NCBI GenBank assembly: GCA_951406725.2
Contig: OX597821.1
Location: 57,226,001-57,290,000, forward strand
Direction: 5' to 3'
Length of the DNA stretch: 64,000 nt
DNA from: Octopus vulgaris
Lineage: Eukaryota
Under the pieces are notes generated by a model. The model was not told the DNA's origin. It ran no database searches and was given only the letters and a program-made list of their open reading frames with translations. The position numbers were made by a program, and so were the translations under genes. Shown here piece after piece: positions 62,901-64,000 of the stretch (its first letter is position 1; every line of letters starts with the position of its first letter).

Positions 62901-62994
62901 TATATTAACTTAATGAACTGCTGTAACGAAGGACTAATAGGTTCCATTTTGACTGCTTTGAAGAGAGAAAAACAAATAACTTATAGAGCTGTCT
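15032..62994 (+). CDS. NBEAL1: Neurobeachin-like protein (NBEAL1/NBEAL2 family), partial multi-exon gene; 10 internal exons: 15032-15113, 24741-24859, 31230-31303, 45703-45785, 48180-48359, 52243-52357, 54057-54163, 54558-54641, 60739-60837, 62751-62994
   Basis: All ten segments have AG acceptors and GT donors, and phases join without stops. The peptide (…RNYDNIPLV…ECLYDPYFVWRKRL…PALLHVEVIPYFHECFQ…LLHMFGG…NALRSITPATLDVL…RQVEVGQMLEGY…GYTKLLESLKCLGQPSMDLLK…LLLHWLPDIQSADLQVWLS…) is collinear with the vertebrate NBEAL1 N-terminus as I recall it ([64 protein letters not shown]). Probably co-orthologous to NBEAL1 and NBEAL2, so the symbol is approximate. Confidence 0.93.
17882..18208 (-). mobile_element. 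Young full-length tRNA-derived SINE family C (V-domain-like) with 14-bp TSD
   Basis: Head gcgtggcttagtggttagg…gagttcgattccc; gtgtccttgagcaagacac…ccagtccactcagctg; TSD actatatttgcaat at 17868-17881 and 18209-18222; CpGs intact. Confidence 0.9.
21612..21952 (+). mobile_element. Unclassified GC-rich retroposon-like segment ending in (TGA)n
   Basis: Abrupt GC-rich block between (TA)n and tgatgatga; no coherent ORF; single copy in the window. Confidence 0.45.
22119..22362. repeat. Palindrome with ~105-bp arms containing a type-I hammerhead-like motif on the - strand (22156-22244)
   Basis: - strand: GAACA-CTGATGA-G…GAAAC-ACGT-GT-A-TGTTC; the arms mirror each other. Confidence 0.75.
24741..24859 (+). 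CDS. NBEAL1: NBEAL exon b: ICDSSEQNKNVILLSFLKHTIYFFECLYDPYFVWRKRLR(K)
   Basis: ttttttttcag|ATT … CGAAA|gtaagt; 119 nt; ExLYDPY..WR motif. Confidence 0.95.
26781..27266. mobile_element. Inverted pair of Penelope-pLTR-like units (family shared with 57392-57728)
   Basis: 26781-26927 is the reverse complement of 27058-27210, with a ~130-bp CA-rich spacer; each arm has gtcaGTGAACAgg…GAAAATATTT (degraded in the + arm). Confidence 0.75.
27270..27520 (-). mobile_element. Probable decayed Penelope-like pLTR fragment
   Basis: - strand tgaagaagagttttgcttgaaatgta resembles a decayed CTGANGAAGAGC…GCTCGAAAC core; flanked by TA-rich runs. Confidence 0.4.
27871..28170 (+). mobile_element. Non-autonomous Helitron (~300 bp)
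   Basis: 5' TC(TTTATATATAAG) after A; subterminal imperfect hairpin cccgagcaacgctggg; 3' CTTG (CTAG variant) before T; no TSD. Confidence 0.8.
28981..29309. mobile_element. hAT (Charlie-like) MITE inserted in a family B SINE; related terminal fragments near 11750-11815 and 12250-12325
   Basis: TIRs ca(g)taggttctcaaa / tttgagaacctactg; SINE sequence continues on both sides; no clear TSD. Confidence 0.7.
31230..31303 (+). CDS. NBEAL1: NBEAL exon c: (K)CTVDKSHLNIQPALLHVEVIPYFH(E)
   Basis: gctctccag|G … CACG|gtaaga; 74 nt; phases fit both neighbours. Confidence 0.93.
31448..32345. repeat. ~900-bp polypyrimidine compound minisatellite (ctcctgtatctctct)n
   Basis: CT runs punctuated by tgtat/catgtat; begins ~145 nt after the exon c donor. 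Confidence 0.95.
33060..33540 (+). mobile_element. RTE-clade LINE 3' fragment (ORF end plus part of 3' UTR)
   Basis: GTLGRGRPKKTRDEVVKHDL*TLGLTEAMTRDQDVW; same family as 50209-50450. Confidence 0.8.
33556..33810. repeat. Inverted repeat with ~95-bp arms and a decayed hammerhead-like motif
   Basis: 33556-33650 mirrors 33685-33782; + strand CTGAAGA(33723)-TGG…CCA-GAAAT-AGCT-GT-T(33807). Confidence 0.65.
34571..34986 (+). mobile_element. Decayed R4/Dong-like non-LTR retrotransposon RLE domain and C-terminus
   Basis: WNIPTRISVKCKYKRLDIVV*DR*EKVCTIIEAICPADVNISM*NKEK…FIPVIIYALGFV…LQLQFLSGTVRICKTFL fits RPDIV..D….IIE..CP.D.N…EK…P.IIGALG. Confidence 0.8.
35054..35282. mobile_element. piggyBac-like MITE; inverted copy at 36474-36703, older copies ~15750-15983 and ~39000-39321
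   Basis: TIR ccctttc(a/g)ttac / gtaacgaaaggg-TTAA. Confidence 0.75.
37870..38085 (+). mobile_element. Decayed Penelope-like element ORF fragment (RT thumb/linker)
   Basis: LNF*..CLPFYIKRNIHFHMAGHIYSIVTDKK / EFVELKILL / PQNMVNDAVTKAKEIP across frameshifts; fits the YL.F.S.HP…K.NIP..MA.RI..I…EL…YP…I…KA pattern. Confidence 0.7.
38776..38985. mobile_element. Mariner-like MITE; second copy inverted at ~60135-60351
   Basis: TA-flanked TIRs tatgaagggttactgtaaagttcctgg / ccaggaatgtttcagcaccccctcata. Confidence 0.7.
41550..43358 (-). mobile_element. Cluster of ~6 head-to-tail family A SINEs on the - strand
   Basis: Repeated ctggtacttattttatc…aaaaggatgaaag…gaatttgaactcagaac…gcatgctaa blocks. Confidence 0.85.
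45703..45785 (+). CDS. NBEAL1: NBEAL exon d: (E)CFQKKYLPEETQIHLLHMFGGVMSGDQ
   Basis: atttacag|AA … GACCAG|gtaagt; 83 nt. Confidence 0.94.
45945..46410 (+). repeat. ~25-bp minisatellite (aaaagctctggtgatggtgccatgt)n leading into an RTE tail
   Basis: Roughly 18 imperfect units grading into ggcattaggaagggcatcc…gatgatgatg. Confidence 0.9.
46846..48085 (+). mobile_element. Cluster of four + strand family A SINEs; the first is interrupted by an antisense copy (46978-47205)
   Basis: Copies separated by (TAT)n/(GAT)n; the nested copy has TSD atgaaacaagtac (46965-46977, 47206-47218). Confidence 0.88.
47781..47888. repeat. Compound trinucleotide microsatellite (ATT)n(AAT)n(GAT)n; many other (TA)n, (CA)n, (CT)n, (TGA)n tracts across the window
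   Basis: Directly visible. Confidence 0.97.
48180..48359 (+). CDS. NBEAL1: NBEAL exon e: HNALRSITPATLDVLLKALSSQKPQNELDAPARWAIPLKEVVLKCIVRMVHVIHCSCPDQ
   Basis: tttccttag|CAC … GACCAG|gtgaga; 180 nt; phase 0-0. Confidence 0.95.
49575..50450 (-). mobile_element. RTE-clade LINE 3' end: ORF C-terminus, 3' UTR with 66-bp tandem array, (TGA)n tail
   Basis: …LRWLSHMLHMNEDSCVRKCHSLPAEGTFRRGTTRKTWDEVVKYDLRTLGLTEVMTGNQDLWR fits RLRW.GHV.RM…G.R.RGRPRKTW…DL…DR..WR. Confidence 0.85.
50616..50780. repeat. Near-perfect hairpin: 23-bp inner stem with 3-nt loop plus 31-bp outer stem
   Basis: aagagggacaattagtcatttct-acc-agaaatgactaattgtccctctt; aatttatatatagagggcattatacatacat / atgtatgtataatgccctctatatataaatt. 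Confidence 0.9.
52243..52357 (+). CDS. NBEAL1: NBEAL exon f: RQVEVGQMLEGYLSVLLSYGSEVTNNDSGGLLLMINIL(E)
   Basis: acttcag|AGA … TTAG|gtttgt; 115 nt. Confidence 0.92.
52951..53144. mobile_element. Tigger/pogo-like MITE
   Basis: TA-cagagatctctcgaatatcgc … gcaatatggcgagggattacgg-TA. Confidence 0.65.
53204..53436 (-). mobile_element. Old RTE-like LINE C-terminal fragment
   Basis: ILQAELTSCRPKGGQ…LGIL…VASDTTLWKR resembles ILYGEL..G.RP.GGQ…GI…A.DR..WR. Confidence 0.5.
54057..54163 (+). CDS. NBEAL1: NBEAL exon g: (E)TINEMLLCRDRKALQVILVACGTIDAFIKLLHETL
   Basis: tgtttcag|AA … TTG|gtaaat; 107 nt. Confidence 0.93.
54558..54641 (+). CDS. NBEAL1: NBEAL exon h: LTGAKAQKLAVEILDVINMILLGSPSAK
   Basis: ctttacag|CTT … GCCAAG|gtttgt; 84 nt; phase 0-0. 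Confidence 0.92.
57392..57728. mobile_element. Inverted pair of Penelope-pLTR-like units with the best-preserved variant hammerhead motif (57608-57658, +)
   Basis: 57392-57598 mirrors 57606-57728 over the shorter arm; same family as 26781-27266. Confidence 0.75.
58097..58708. mobile_element. Two different piggyBac-like MITEs back to back, sharing TTAA at 58322-58325
   Basis: TTAA-cccattagc…cattaaaggg-TTAA-ccctttgagtcc…ggactctaaggg-TTGA. Confidence 0.7.
60739..60837 (+). CDS. NBEAL1: NBEAL exon i: VKFQSNNGYTKLLESLKCLGQPSMDLLKLILNL
   Basis: ccctccag|GTG … TTG|gtaagt; 99 nt; GY..LLE.LK.LGQP motif. Confidence 0.95.
61097..61290. repeat. Small inverted-repeat element
   Basis: aggccagttatt…atcctgagataacat / atgttatctcaggataaataactggcct. 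Confidence 0.6.
62751..62994 (+). CDS. NBEAL1: NBEAL exon j: VVEDVFDDHKLQNIRNVPAAKLLLHWLPDIQSADLQVWLSKKLQLLCCHGYINLMNCCNEGLIGSILTALKREKQITYRAV
   Basis: tcttgatag|GTT … GTCT|gtgagt; 244 nt; WLP.IQS.DLQ motif. Confidence 0.95.
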
Positions 62995-63237
62995 GTGAGT
63001 AATCTTTCCTTTCATGTCACTTATCTCTGTATTTCACCTGCTTTAGAATGATCTAATGGGAAGACCTGTACTTGGTCTCTCAGCCTGCTAGAAATAGCAC
63101 CAGCCAAATCTAGCCTCTAACCACAGCCCACTGTCTTAAATACAGAAAAGATATATTGGATTATGTAGTCCTACACAGTACGTCAAGCAGATATACAATT
63201 GAATGCTGGAATACTTTTGATCATATACTCATTCTGA

Positions 63238-63470
63238 GTAGGGCTGATGCTGGGCTGCTTGTGCAGGGCTGATGTTGAGCTGCTTGTGCTGGGCTGATTT
63301 CAGGCTACTTGAACTGCGCTGATATCAGGCTGTTTGAACTGCGTTGATATCAGGCTGCTTGAACTGGGCTGCTTGAACTGAGCTGATTTCAGGCTGTTTG
63401 AGCTGAGCTGATCTTGGACTGTATGAGTAGGGCTGATCTCAGGCTACTCACATATTGCTGGTGTCAGGCT
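63238..63470. repeat. ~25-bp minisatellite (gggctgatNtcaggctgcttgaact)n
   Basis: About 9 imperfect units. Confidence 0.85.
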
Positions 63471-64000
63471 AAGCAGCAATAATCTGGTTTAAGTTAAATG
63501 TTTGGGTTCTTCTCTTTTTGTTTGCTCTTTTGCTCTTGTTATTGCTGTATAGTTTTTCATTGCTTGTTTTTAATATCAAGGGCCAGATATAAATATATAG
63601 ACATATATAAAGTATCTGAATTGTAAAAATAATAGGAAAAATTTGAACATACGTATATTAATGAGCAACAATTGACTTACATCAATTATTATTTATTAAT
63701 TTGCATTGAATTAATAAGTAATAATTGATGTAAGTCAATTGTTGTTCATCAACAGTTCTCCATTTTTTTGTTTTCTTTAAACTTCGAACATATATATTAG
63801 TGAATATTGAACCATCATCATCACCACTTGACATCCATTTTCCTAGCTGGCATGGGTTGGACAAAAGAATGATTCCCCATGCCAACATGGAAAATGGATG
63901 GGAAATGATGATAATAATGATAGTGATTCAATAGATACAAATTTATAACTTTTTCCATAAGTCCTTTTTTCTTTTTCCCTCCTTTTTTATGGGGCAGTGT

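Overview
AT-rich, microsatellite-dense animal genomic DNA. The repeat content suggests a coleoid cephalopod, probably Octopus (inference). The window lies inside one + strand gene, a neurobeachin-like (NBEAL1/NBEAL2-type BEACH) gene. Ten internal exons (15032-62994, 1187 nt, about 395 codons) have AG/GT boundaries and splice in phase into one open frame matching the NBEAL N-terminal region. I could not find the start, so it is probably upstream; the BEACH/WD40 end lies downstream. The other ~98% is intron filled with three tRNA-derived SINE families, RTE-LINE 3' ends, decayed CRE-, R4/Dong- and Penelope-type relics, mariner/Tigger/hAT/piggyBac-like MITEs, Helitron pieces and simple repeats. 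Most unusual signal: several long palindromes whose arms carry minimal type-I hammerhead-ribozyme-like motifs of the kind associated with Penelope-like elements. One family (26.8-27.3 kb and 57.4-57.7 kb) has the core 3:8 pair swapped (GUGAACA instead of CUGANGA). All assignments are by eye; no searches or folding programs were run.
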